Shown here: positions 1-8,050 of the stretch, one piece after another
Numbering within the stretch: position 1 is the first letter of the stretch
How the letters are laid out: each line of letters begins with the position of its first letter
Source: a virus
Lineage: Duplodnaviria; Caudoviricetes
Virus record (IMG/VR): IMGVR_UViG_3300010222_000172
Coordinates: 1 to 33,260 of that record
Reading direction: 5' to 3' (one strand)
Length of the DNA stretch: 33,260 nt
Made by a program: the position numbers and the translations under genes
The notes under the pieces: model-generated
Database searches by the model: none
Told to the model about the DNA's origin: nothing
What the model saw: only the letters and a program-made list of their open reading frames with translations

Positions 1-168
1 ATGAACGACGAGTGCGACCACGACGCGGCTCAGGTCGACCACCAAGAGCAGCACGGGACCGAGGTAGAGTTCTGGATAGCCTGCCCCGACTGCGACGGCT
101 TCTGGACGCTCACGGGCGATCTGGACCACGAGACGGCCTACATCTCCAGAGACGAGGGCGACCCATGA
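1..168 (+). CDS. Small CPxC zinc-finger-like protein (55 aa; may extend past the edge)
   Basis: MNDECDH...WIACPDCDGFW...; its TGA overlaps the next ATG (ATGA at 165-168). Not in the ORF track. Confidence 0.7.
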   Translation: MNDECDHDAAQVDHQEQHGTEVEFWIACPDCDGFWTLTGDLDHETAYISRDEGDP

Positions 169-524
169 GCGTGGCGACCGACGCCGTCGACGGCGACGAG
201 GACCACGAGCTGGACTACCGCGCGCTGGCGGAGTTCCTGACCGTCCTCGAGGACAGTGACGTCCGCGCCCGCAGCGCCGAGAACCTCTACACGGTCACCT
301 CCGAGAGCGGCTCGACGTACCTCGTCGACGCGGAGCAGCGCGCCTGCGAGTGCGCCGACCACGAGTACCGCGACCGAATCTGTAAGCACATCCGGCGCGT
401 CGAGTTCGCAACCGGCCGCCGCGACGTGCCCAACTTCGTCGACGACGCGGCCGTCGACGAGCAGCTGGGAATGCACGTCGAGGACGTCACCGGCGCCGAG
501 GCTGACCAGGAGGGCAACCGATGA
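165..524 (+). CDS. SWIM-type zinc-finger protein
   Basis: YTVTSESGSTYLVD...CECADHEYR...CKHIRRV matches the CxC...CxH SWIM pattern. Start moved to ATG 165. Confidence 0.85.
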   Translation: MSVATDAVDGDEDHELDYRALAEFLTVLEDSDVRARSAENLYTVTSESGSTYLVDAEQRACECADHEYRDRICKHIRRVEFATGRRDVPNFVDDAAVDEQLGMHVEDVTGAEADQEGNR

Positions 525-844
525 GCGCCGACGACGAGCTGCCAGCACTGCATGTCGGCGACCACGCCACCGACCGCGAGGACCCGGACGACCCGCCGCT
601 CGTGGTGACCGGTCTGCCCCTGCAGCGGGCCGCCACCTACGACGCCGACGGGACCTCCCTCGCCGAGTACAACCCCGGGTACCCTCCGGAGGACCACGCT
701 ATCGAGGTCGCCTATGCTCAGCGGACCGACGTCTACCTCGAGGAGCAGCAGACCTACGCGTTCCCACGGAGCCGACTCCGGCTCGTCGAGCCGCTGCACG
801 ACCGGGACGAGCGCGGCGACCAGGAGGGCAATGACGATGAGTGA
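521..844 (+). CDS. Hypothetical haloarchaeal viral protein
   Basis: Acidic 107-aa ORF, ATGA-coupled, GGAGG upstream. Confidence 0.8.
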   Translation: MSADDELPALHVGDHATDREDPDDPPLVVTGLPLQRAATYDADGTSLAEYNPGYPPEDHAIEVAYAQRTDVYLEEQQTYAFPRSRLRLVEPLHDRDERGDQEGNDDE

Positions 845-1109
845 AGACCATATCACCGCGGGGCTCGTCGACGGCAAGGCGGTTGATGGCCGGGTCACGG
901 TGGCGTTCTCGAGCTGCGACGGTCGGGTCGACATCGCGCCGGTCGGCCCCGCCGCCCCGCTCGACGAGACCCACCCCGCGCTCGAGCTCTCGATCCGGAC
1001 CGCCGACGGCGCCGGCCGGGTCGCCGCCGAGCTGTCGACGGTCGAGGCGGTCGCGCTCGTCGACGAAATCGAAGCCGAACTCGAGCGGCTCCAGGAGGCC
1101 GCGCGGTGA
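837..1109 (+). CDS. Hypothetical protein
   Basis: MSEDHITAG...; acidic; overlaps both neighbours; alternative start at 831. Confidence 0.75.
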   Translation: MSEDHITAGLVDGKAVDGRVTVAFSSCDGRVDIAPVGPAAPLDETHPALELSIRTADGAGRVAAELSTVEAVALVDEIEAELERLQEAAR

Positions 1110-1369
1110 CCGAGGTCCACCGCAAGGGCGAGGTCTCGCTGCACGTCCTCGAGGACGGTAGCGTCGAGGTGCGAAAGCCGATTCCGCACGACTGCACTCT
1201 TCGCTTCACGATCGCCGACGACCCGACGGTTGAATCGTTGCGGGAGCAAAGCGCGAGCGGGCTGTCGGTGAACGAGGTGTGCCGGCGGTACGCCGATTAC
1301 GCCGACGTCGACTTCGAGACCGCGGCGGCGGCCGTCCTGGACGAGCTCGAGAAGTCAACCGAGCGATAG
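1106..1369 (+). CDS. Hypothetical protein
   Basis: GTGA overlap with the upstream stop; acidic, 87 aa. Confidence 0.7.
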   Translation: MTEVHRKGEVSLHVLEDGSVEVRKPIPHDCTLRFTIADDPTVESLREQSASGLSVNEVCRRYADYADVDFETAAAAVLDELEKSTER

Positions 1370-1382
1370 CTGTCGCTGGTCG

Positions 1383-1391
1383 TTTCTTTTC
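1383..1391 (+). terminator. Archaeal T-tract terminator
   Basis: TTTCTTTTT just after the last + strand gene, where it converges with the late operon. Confidence 0.55.
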
Positions 1392-1430
1392 AGTGGTGAA
1401 GTCGACGCTCCAGAACCCCTGGAGCGTTGT

Positions 1431-1730
1431 TTACTCGTCTGCAGGAGCAGTCCGCTGCCCGAGCCCGTAGCCAGCGGCGAGGCCGACCAGCGACCACCAA
1501 GGCTCTCGGCACATCGTCCGCAGGCCGATGCCCAACGGCGCGCGGTCCGGGAGCCCCAGCACAGCTGTCGCCGCGACGAGGACCGCCCGCCCGCCGTCCG
1601 TCCTCCCGAGCAGAACGCCGAAAGCGAAGCCTTCAACGGCGGCGTGCGCTTCATTCAACGAGAGGTCGTCGGCCTTCTCCCGGGCAGGCTCGTTCCCGGC
1701 GCCGAGCCGAGGCGAGACGTCCGACGTCAC
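1431..1730 (-). CDS. Membrane-associated hypothetical protein, last gene of the late operon
   Basis: GTG 1730 overlaps the upstream TGA. Hydrophobic segments GFAFGVLLG, AVLVAATAVLG and WWSLVGLAAGYG. Confidence 0.65.
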   Translation of the reverse strand: MTSDVSPRLGAGNEPAREKADDLSLNEAHAAVEGFAFGVLLGRTDGGRAVLVAATAVLGLPDRAPLGIGLRTMCREPWWSLVGLAAGYGLGQRTAPADE

Positions 1731-2020
1731 GGTAGCGTTGCGGTATCGGCGTGAATCGTCCACGTCCCGGTCGTAACCGTTGCGACGTCGCTGTTCTTGT
1801 CTTGGACGACCAGCTCGTAGTAGTAGTCGCTCCCGTCGGCATCACCAAGCGACGCTGTATCCTCGGGCTCGATAGTGACCTCGATAATGCCGCCGCTGGG
1901 GTTCGTAATCGTGACGTCCCCGTCGACGGTGTCCTTCTCGACGAGCGGCTCCGCGCCCGGATACCGCCCGAGCAGCGAACTCAGCAACTGGACGAGTCTC
2001 GTGAGGATGGCTCTACTCAT
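1727..2020 (-). CDS. Ig-like/BppU-N-like virion protein, apparently N-terminally truncated or chimeric
   Basis: ITNPSGGIIEVTIEPEDT...YYYELVV...VATVTTG resembles the C-terminal part of BppU N-terminal domains. Confidence 0.55.
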   Translation of the reverse strand: MSRAILTRLVQLLSSLLGRYPGAEPLVEKDTVDGDVTITNPSGGIIEVTIEPEDTASLGDADGSDYYYELVVQDKNSDVATVTTGTWTIHADTATLP

Positions 2021-2092
2021 GAATTAAACCTGTCAGAACGTCCGCGTTCTCACGCGCCGGAGCGATCAGTCGCGCTCAGGCCAATCGTCATG

Positions 2093-2770
2093 TCATTGAA
2101 TCTTTATCCATAGATATTGTACTAAATTCGATTCAATGACCGCTTTCCCACCCGTCGTTTTCATATAGAAAACTGTTCGAGAGTCGCCCCGGTCGGTTAT
2201 AAGTTGAATAGGACTTGTGGCGAACTTCCCATTATGGGGCGCTGATACTTCTGTTTTGGTGAGTCTTTCAAACTCATACCCAATGGCAGTGTACGCAGTT
2301 TCCCCAGCTGTATCTCCTTTAATATAACCACCATATGATAGTCCGACTTCTGCAACGTTAGCCGCATCGGTGAGAATGCTCTTAGGTACGTATGCCGACT
2401 GTCCGCTTCCTTCGGTGCGAGTCCATTCCGTGCTTGCCGTTTCCATATTGGTGGAGGATATTTTAAACCCTGCAACCAGTATCCAGTCGCCCGCATCGCC
2501 GTATGGCCCTCCAGTCACGGCGTCTCCACTTCCGATTTGCACCTCCTCTGTACCGAGCGCTCCCACGTTTGTCACATCGTTGCCACCAGCGTCCAGCGGT
2601 GCCGCCAACTGGAACTGCCCATTGGTGTCGTCCCACCGGAGGGCCGTGTTTCCATTCGAGTCATTGATAACGAGGTCGCCGCTGTCCTCCTCGATGGCGG
2701 GTGAGTACCCATTCGGAAGGTCAAGTGACTGTGCCGCTGCCGGGGTGTCGGTTGAGCCTAAATTCGGCAT
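2093..2770 (-). CDS. Putative tail fibre/receptor-binding protein
   Basis: Distal tail position. GC-rich N-terminus (LDAGGNDVTNVGAL) followed by an AT-rich, beta-rich C-terminal domain. Confidence 0.65.
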   Translation of the reverse strand: MPNLGSTDTPAAAQSLDLPNGYSPAIEEDSGDLVINDSNGNTALRWDDTNGQFQLAAPLDAGGNDVTNVGALGTEEVQIGSGDAVTGGPYGDAGDWILVAGFKISSTNMETASTEWTRTEGSGQSAYVPKSILTDAANVAEVGLSYGGYIKGDTAGETAYTAIGYEFERLTKTEVSAPHNGKFATSPIQLITDRGDSRTVFYMKTTGGKAVIESNLVQYLWIKIQ

Positions 2771-2773
2771 GGA

Positions 2774-3316
2774 TTATTTCTCCGCAAGCGTGACCGTCGA
2801 GCCGTCGTCGAATTTTGCTTTATACGCATCGGCTGTCGAATCGTACCACCGGACCACGCCCGAGGCGGGCGTCGACGGCTCGGACTCGGGTTTGTATCGC
2901 AACGCTGTCGCCAGCTCGTCCGCGCCGCCGGCGCCGTGACGCGACTGATGGTCTCGAGCGTGGTGGTCATCCGGGGCGACCGTCGTCTGGTCGATGCTGT
3001 CGTGGTCGATGCTCGACTCGTCGACCGCGAGGTTGTCGCTGCCGTCGTCGGAGAGAAGCGCGCCAGCGAAATCGGCGGGGTCGACTGCGATGGCACCCGA
3101 CGCGAACGTGAGACCGCCCGACGCTGCGAGTGCCGCGGCCAGCGAGGTGTTGTCGAGCGTCAGACCGTCGCCCTCTAAGTCCGTGACATCGTCGCTCACG
3201 AGCGCACTGGCTGCTGCAATCTTGTCCCGGATGACGAGATCGTTTACAGTGACGGATTCTTGATTTGTCTGACCGAAGACCCCAGACCGCCCCAGCCCGT
3301 CGTTCTGCAGTCCCAT
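2774..3316 (-). CDS. Tail fibre-like protein
   Basis: Gly/Asp repeats (GDGLTLD, GGLTF), an IDHDSI...DDHH His motif and a PSTPASG..WYD module. Confidence 0.65.
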   Translation of the reverse strand: MGLQNDGLGRSGVFGQTNQESVTVNDLVIRDKIAAASALVSDDVTDLEGDGLTLDNTSLAAALAASGGLTFASGAIAVDPADFAGALLSDDGSDNLAVDESSIDHDSIDQTTVAPDDHHARDHQSRHGAGGADELATALRYKPESEPSTPASGVVRWYDSTADAYKAKFDDGSTVTLAEK

Positions 3317-3642
3317 CACCCGGTCACCTCGACGCCGGTCGCCGCGTAGTCGGCCGGGGTGCCGGCCGTGTTCGTGATGACGAGTCGCATGTTCGCGGCC
3401 GCCACCAGCTCGATTTTGTTCTGCTGGCTATACCCTGCCCCGGCGAAGCTCTCGATGGTCTCGTCGATTTCGTAGGTCCCGTCGTCGTCGACGTCGACCT
3501 GCAGCTTCACGTCGCAGTCGTCGCCGTGGAGGATCGAATGTATCTCGACGGCGCCGGTCGCCGCGTCCTCGGGGTCAACGACGAGGTCGTCGCTGTCGGC
3601 CAGGTCGTCAGCGTCGGTCTCGAAGAATGCGCCTGCTGTCAT
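3316..3642 (-). CDS. Small beta-rich virion protein
   Basis: 108 aa, acidic, coupled to the downstream gene. Confidence 0.7.
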   Translation of the reverse strand: MTAGAFFETDADDLADSDDLVVDPEDAATGAVEIHSILHGDDCDVKLQVDVDDDGTYEIDETIESFAGAGYSQQNKIELVAAANMRLVITNTAGTPADYAATGVEVTG

Positions 3643-3645
3643 GGG

Positions 3646-3792
3646 TTACACCGTGATCCGTCGGCGGGCTTCCGCGAGCTGTTCGTCAAGCGTTTCGACT
3701 GTCGTGTCCCAGTCCGCAGCCCACGACGCTCCCTTCTTCGGCTTCGGGAAGTCGTAGTTCTGCGTAGGAGTCGTGTCTCGGTCTTGAGTCAT
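3646..3792 (-). CDS. 48-aa protein resembling a tail-fibre N-terminal anchor
   Basis: MTQDRDTTPTQNYDFPKPKKGASWAADWDTTVETLDEQLAEARRRITV, with a T-x-NY-x-F-x-KP-like motif followed by a helix. Below the ORF-track cutoff. Confidence 0.65.
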   Translation of the reverse strand: MTQDRDTTPTQNYDFPKPKKGASWAADWDTTVETLDEQLAEARRRITV

Positions 3793-3876
3793 GTGGTTGG
3801 AGAGTCGGCTGTCTGACAGCCGGGGCTGTGCGACGCGCTGTCCAGGCGAGCGCCCCGAGACCTCGGACCGCCGGCC

Positions 3877-4917
3877 TCAGTCGCGGTCGAACTCCAGCAG
3901 TTCGTTGCTGGTGATCGCCATCGCGCTCGGGATGCCGAAGGGGCTGAACAGCCCTCGCGTCAGGAGGACGTCGTTGGCGTTGAGGGTGCCGGCCTCGACG
4001 AGATCGCCGCTGTGGGCCGAGAGGTCGCCGTCGGGAGTCCGGATGCGCGTCCGTAGCTGCCCGATGCCGTTCCGGAGCACGCTATCAGGATCGGCCGTCA
4101 CCTCGTGATCGTCTATCGACTGACCTTCGAATCCCTCGCGAGGGGTCGTGTTTGTCCGCGACCCGAAGCGCGAGAGGCCGACCCGCACGGAGACAGTGTC
4201 CCCAACGGTGTCGTTCGGCGACGATGTTGTTGCCGTGGTACCGTTCGTAGTCTTACTGGTGCTGCCTGCGAGATCAACTTCGACGAATTGGTCGCCCGAG
4301 ATGTCGTTCCAAGTTTGCGTGACCGTCACGCTCTCGGCCGGCTGGGCGAGGGCTTCTTCGGCCAGCCAGTACGTCACCTGGTCGGGGAACAGTTCGGGAC
4401 CGGCCAGGGTCTTGTTACTATCTATGCTGTTGTCGAATGTGTACGCAAAGCGGCCGTCAAAGACGAATAAGCAGTCGACCCCCATGTCACCGCCGGAACC
4501 ATCACCCGTCGCCTTCAGTCGAGCCTCATAGGTACCAGGAGTAAGGTCATCTGCGATGCCGGTCGTGTCGGTGTTAATCCATTGCTTCCCGCTCAACAGT
4601 TCATTCTTGCCGAACGACGCTACCGTCTTCCCATTCACCTCCAAGTCGAACGGGTTGTGACTGCCGCCGAACGCCTGCACACGGGCAGCAAACCCCACCC
4701 CAGTAGCCGGCATTCGATAGTCGACAGTAAAAGTGAAGTAAATATCTTGCGGGTTTGTATCATTGTATTTTTTAAATCTGCCATTGCTCCATCCCGAACG
4801 AGCCGAGCTGCTTCCGTTCCCGCCTTGGGCCTTCTCGCCCTCGATGAAGAAGCCGGTCTGAAGCGTCTCGAAGGCGCCGTTCTGGACCGCCAGCGGTGTG
4901 TCGTCGGGGATGGCCAT
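3877..4917 (-). CDS. Tail-tip protein with a putative carbohydrate-binding jelly-roll domain
   Basis: FFIEGEKA...FDLEVNG...LTPGTYEARL...MGVDCL resembles the CBM6/35 pattern. Lower-GC core. C-terminal EAG...LLTR motif. Confidence 0.65.
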   Translation of the reverse strand: MAIPDDTPLAVQNGAFETLQTGFFIEGEKAQGGNGSSSARSGWSNGRFKKYNDTNPQDIYFTFTVDYRMPATGVGFAARVQAFGGSHNPFDLEVNGKTVASFGKNELLSGKQWINTDTTGIADDLTPGTYEARLKATGDGSGGDMGVDCLFVFDGRFAYTFDNSIDSNKTLAGPELFPDQVTYWLAEEALAQPAESVTVTQTWNDISGDQFVEVDLAGSTSKTTNGTTATTSSPNDTVGDTVSVRVGLSRFGSRTNTTPREGFEGQSIDDHEVTADPDSVLRNGIGQLRTRIRTPDGDLSAHSGDLVEAGTLNANDVLLTRGLFSPFGIPSAMAITSNELLEFDRD

Positions 4918-6734
4918 TAGACGATGTCACTCCATTCCGAATTAGTATCGGCCGTCTGGACGGTCTGCTCGTCCAGCGGGTAGCTCTCAACTTGATTCCC
5001 CAGCGCGGTGTCGCTCTCGGCGACGGCGGTGTCGTCGGTGCCGACCACGTACTTTGCCGGTGTGTCCGGATTGTTGTTTGCGAGCAGGTCCCGGACAACC
5101 GTCTGCCCGTCGACGGTGACAACGGCCCGGTCAGCGTCACCATTGCTGACCGACAAGTCGATGCCAACGCTGGAGATGCTCTGAGCATCGTCGAACGTGA
5201 ACCGGGCGAGGAGCGTGCCGTCGGACTCGATACCCGCCTCCCGGACGCCGCTCTCGTTGATTGATGCCGAGTACCGAACTGTCGTCGCGTCGGGTGTGCT
5301 CGTGCTCGCCGACGCGCTATTGGTCTGGTTCTCGAGGGCGGCGTTCGTCCGCGAGAGGTTCGAGCCGTCGTCGCCGACGACAATGGTAAGCGAGTCGATA
5401 GCCGTCCGGTTGGCCCACGCCTCCCGGAGCTTGTTCCGACCGTCGTTGACGAAGCGAGCGTCATCGGCCGCCGTCGAGTCTGCCGCCGCGGTGGGGGCGA
5501 TGTCGGCGCCCATCTGCGTCGTGACGACGCGGTCCGGGACCGCCCCCCGGTCGGCGTCCCGCATCTCGACGCGACCGACTGCTTCGGACAGGCGGAACAG
5601 GACTTCGGCGTTCGTGACATCGCGGTTCTCGACGATGGTGAGCTCCGTCTCGTCTTTGAGCCAGCGGTACTCGACGGCCGCGACGCGGAACTCGGCGTCG
5701 ATGCCGCGGGGGTCGATGGTGACGTCGATGGTGTCTCCCGGCGATGCGTCGAACAGCCCGAAGGTCGTGACCGTGCCGGACAGCGTCTCGTTGCGCACCT
5801 GCAGATACGAGCTCCCAGCGACCTGCGCGTCGACTGTCTCGGTGATGCCAGGGCGGTGAATTTCGTCGCGCTGCCGGCCGGGGTCCGGCAGACCGAGGTT
5901 CTCTTGGAGGTCGAGTTTGTCGTTCGGGTCGTCGACGACGACGCTATCGGTGCCGCCGTTGTACCACACCTCTACCTCGTTGACGACGTCCTTGCCCAGC
6001 TCCGGGATGTCGTAGCTCGTCCACTCTGTGTTATCGATACCGCGGCTGATGGTGCCCGGCTCCCGCTCGCGGAAGAAGAACTCGAGGTCGTCGCCGACGC
6101 CGAACTCCTCGTTCTCGGAGGCAAACGAGAGGTCCCGGATGGCGGTCTCGACCTTCTCGCCCTGGAATGTCCGAGTGACGGACTGGTCGTCGCCGACGTC
6201 GACCTTCGAGGCGTTCCATGCGACCGGCGTCTCGTCTTTGATGATAGCCTTCAGCGCCTCGCTGATGAGCTGCCCGGAGAGGTCCTGGTTGACCTGGTCG
6301 CGCCGGAGGAACTGGTCGTAGCTGAATGCCTCCACCTCGAGGACGTCCGCGCCCTGCTCCTCGCGCTCGCGGGATTCGACGACGTAGCCGGTAAGCTTCT
6401 CGAGAAGCTTACCGCGGTCGCCGACCTGCGTCTCGCCCGCACACCGATACTCGCCGGCGACCTCGAGCGGGCCGCCGTGATCGGTATCGCCTTCGCCGAC
6501 GAACCGCGTGTCGCCCGCTCGGACGAAGATGGTTGCGAGCTCGCCGCCGCCGGGGAAGACGCTGGCCTCGATCTGTGTGCCGCGAGAATACTGGTCGAAC
6601 TTGGTGCCTTGGACGTCGTCGACGAGGAACGTGACGGCGTCGCCGAACGGGTTCAGCGTGTCGGCTAGGGGGTCGACATCGTAGACCTCCGTCTCGACGG
6701 TGTCGCCGCCGCGGATGATTTCCCAGTCGACCAT
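4917..6734 (-). CDS. Tail-tip/baseplate hub (Tal-like) protein with C-terminal tail-collar-like repeats
   Basis: 605 aa, downstream of the Dit-like gene. Hub-like VVNEVEV and PGDTIDV...FRVAAVEY...TELTI motifs. Confidence 0.7.
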   Translation of the reverse strand: MVDWEIIRGGDTVETEVYDVDPLADTLNPFGDAVTFLVDDVQGTKFDQYSRGTQIEASVFPGGGELATIFVRAGDTRFVGEGDTDHGGPLEVAGEYRCAGETQVGDRGKLLEKLTGYVVESREREEQGADVLEVEAFSYDQFLRRDQVNQDLSGQLISEALKAIIKDETPVAWNASKVDVGDDQSVTRTFQGEKVETAIRDLSFASENEEFGVGDDLEFFFREREPGTISRGIDNTEWTSYDIPELGKDVVNEVEVWYNGGTDSVVVDDPNDKLDLQENLGLPDPGRQRDEIHRPGITETVDAQVAGSSYLQVRNETLSGTVTTFGLFDASPGDTIDVTIDPRGIDAEFRVAAVEYRWLKDETELTIVENRDVTNAEVLFRLSEAVGRVEMRDADRGAVPDRVVTTQMGADIAPTAAADSTAADDARFVNDGRNKLREAWANRTAIDSLTIVVGDDGSNLSRTNAALENQTNSASASTSTPDATTVRYSASINESGVREAGIESDGTLLARFTFDDAQSISSVGIDLSVSNGDADRAVVTVDGQTVVRDLLANNNPDTPAKYVVGTDDTAVAESDTALGNQVESYPLDEQTVQTADTNSEWSDIV

Positions 6735-6737
6735 CGG

Positions 6738-7103
6738 TTACGATGTCGCGTTACTCCGCTGAGCGATGATGGAGGTCTTGATCGTGCCGGCGTCGTTCAC
6801 GGCGTACACGAGGTCGCCAGCCGACCCCGTCCCAGAGCCGTCCGAGTTGTACGTCATCACCTCGCCGTCGCCCAGTTCGCTGGTTGACGGGTCGCCGCGC
6901 TGGGTCTTTACCTCGCCGACTTCGAACCTCCAGACGGCCTCGGTCGAGTCGTACCGGGCGATGACCGTCCCAGGGTTCTGGTCTTGGTCTATCAGGAGCA
7001 GTTCGTTGGTGTCGGTATCGTAGTCGAAGTCGAAGAACGCGGTGAAGTCCGCTGCCGTCGCGCCGGTGCCGAGACGAAGCCGGGGGTCGTCGGCCTGTGT
7101 CAT
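6738..7103 (-). CDS. Small tail-fibre-module protein
   Basis: 121 aa; segments resemble the 2093-2770 and 2774-3316 proteins. Confidence 0.65.
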   Translation of the reverse strand: MTQADDPRLRLGTGATAADFTAFFDFDYDTDTNELLLIDQDQNPGTVIARYDSTEAVWRFEVGEVKTQRGDPSTSELGDGEVMTYNSDGSGTGSAGDLVYAVNDAGTIKTSIIAQRSNATS

Positions 7104-7185
7104 GCGGGCCCTCCGCGGGCTTGGGCGTGGCTATCGAGCGAGCGACCGGCTTCGGAGTGGATGCGTGGTGTGGTCGTGGTCATAG

Positions 7186-8049
7186 TTACGAGCTGAGGAC
7201 GCGGCGGAGGGTCAGCGACGGGACATTGGTGACGCCCGCCTCGCCGGCGACGCGCTGGTGACGGAGTGCCGACCCCCCGACTGGAACGACGTCGAACGAC
7301 CCCAAGCCGAACTCTCCCTGGAAGTCCAGCGCGATGGTGTCACGGCCCAGCTGCGGGCTGACGAGGTCATCGACGATGGTGTTGATATTCGAGACGGCAG
7401 CGCTGGTATGCTCCCAGTTGATGCTGAACGCCTCGTAGGCGGCCTTGTTCTTCTGAATGGCGAAGGGCAGCGGCCGGGTCGTCTCCGACCGGACCGTGTA
7501 GTTCGGCTGGCCGAGCGACCACTCGACTTCAACGCCGGTTTCGAGAGCGACAGCGTTTGTCCCGTCGGTCAGCTGCACCGGGCCGCTGCCGGTACTGGTC
7601 GGGATGTCGCTCTCTCGCGATGCCGTGCCCCGGGCAGAGTCGACACGTGTGAAGCTCGCTTCGACCTGGACGTCCGTAACGGTGCCGGGCAGGAACGACA
7701 GCGACACGGCCTCCTCCTGGCCGCTGGCTGGGACGACGGACATTGAAGCCGGGAACTCGCCGTGCGGGACTTCCAGCGTTAGTGCCGTGCCGCCCTTCTG
7801 TTCCTTGACCAGCCCGGCGAGGGTGCGGGCGTCGGCGTAAGCCGTGTCGGAGACGAACCGGCCGACCAGCGTGATGGTCTCGAGGCCGGCGCGGAAGTCC
7901 TGCGAGCGCGGGTTCAGCGACCCCGACCGATCGGTCAGCGTCTGCTCGGGCTTGCCGACCGACCGCGTGATGAGCGGCGTGCCCCCGCTGTCCGAGAGCA
8001 GGTCGATGTCGACGCTGGTCCCGTCGCGCTTGACCGTGACCCCGGTCAC
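7186..8049 (-). CDS. Distal tail (Dit-like) protein
   Basis: GTG start just after the tape-measure stop; 287 aa, two similar beta-rich halves. Call rests mainly on position. Confidence 0.65.
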   Translation of the reverse strand: MTGVTVKRDGTSVDIDLLSDSGGTPLITRSVGKPEQTLTDRSGSLNPRSQDFRAGLETITLVGRFVSDTAYADARTLAGLVKEQKGGTALTLEVPHGEFPASMSVVPASGQEEAVSLSFLPGTVTDVQVEASFTRVDSARGTASRESDIPTSTGSGPVQLTDGTNAVALETGVEVEWSLGQPNYTVRSETTRPLPFAIQKNKAAYEAFSINWEHTSAAVSNINTIVDDLVSPQLGRDTIALDFQGEFGLGSFDVVPVGGSALRHQRVAGEAGVTNVPSLTLRRVLSS

Positions 8050-8050
8050 G

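Noticed and set aside
2093-4917. Invertible fibre cassette or diversity-generating retroelement
   Set aside because: No recombinase, reverse transcriptase, inverted gene copy or template repeat seen.
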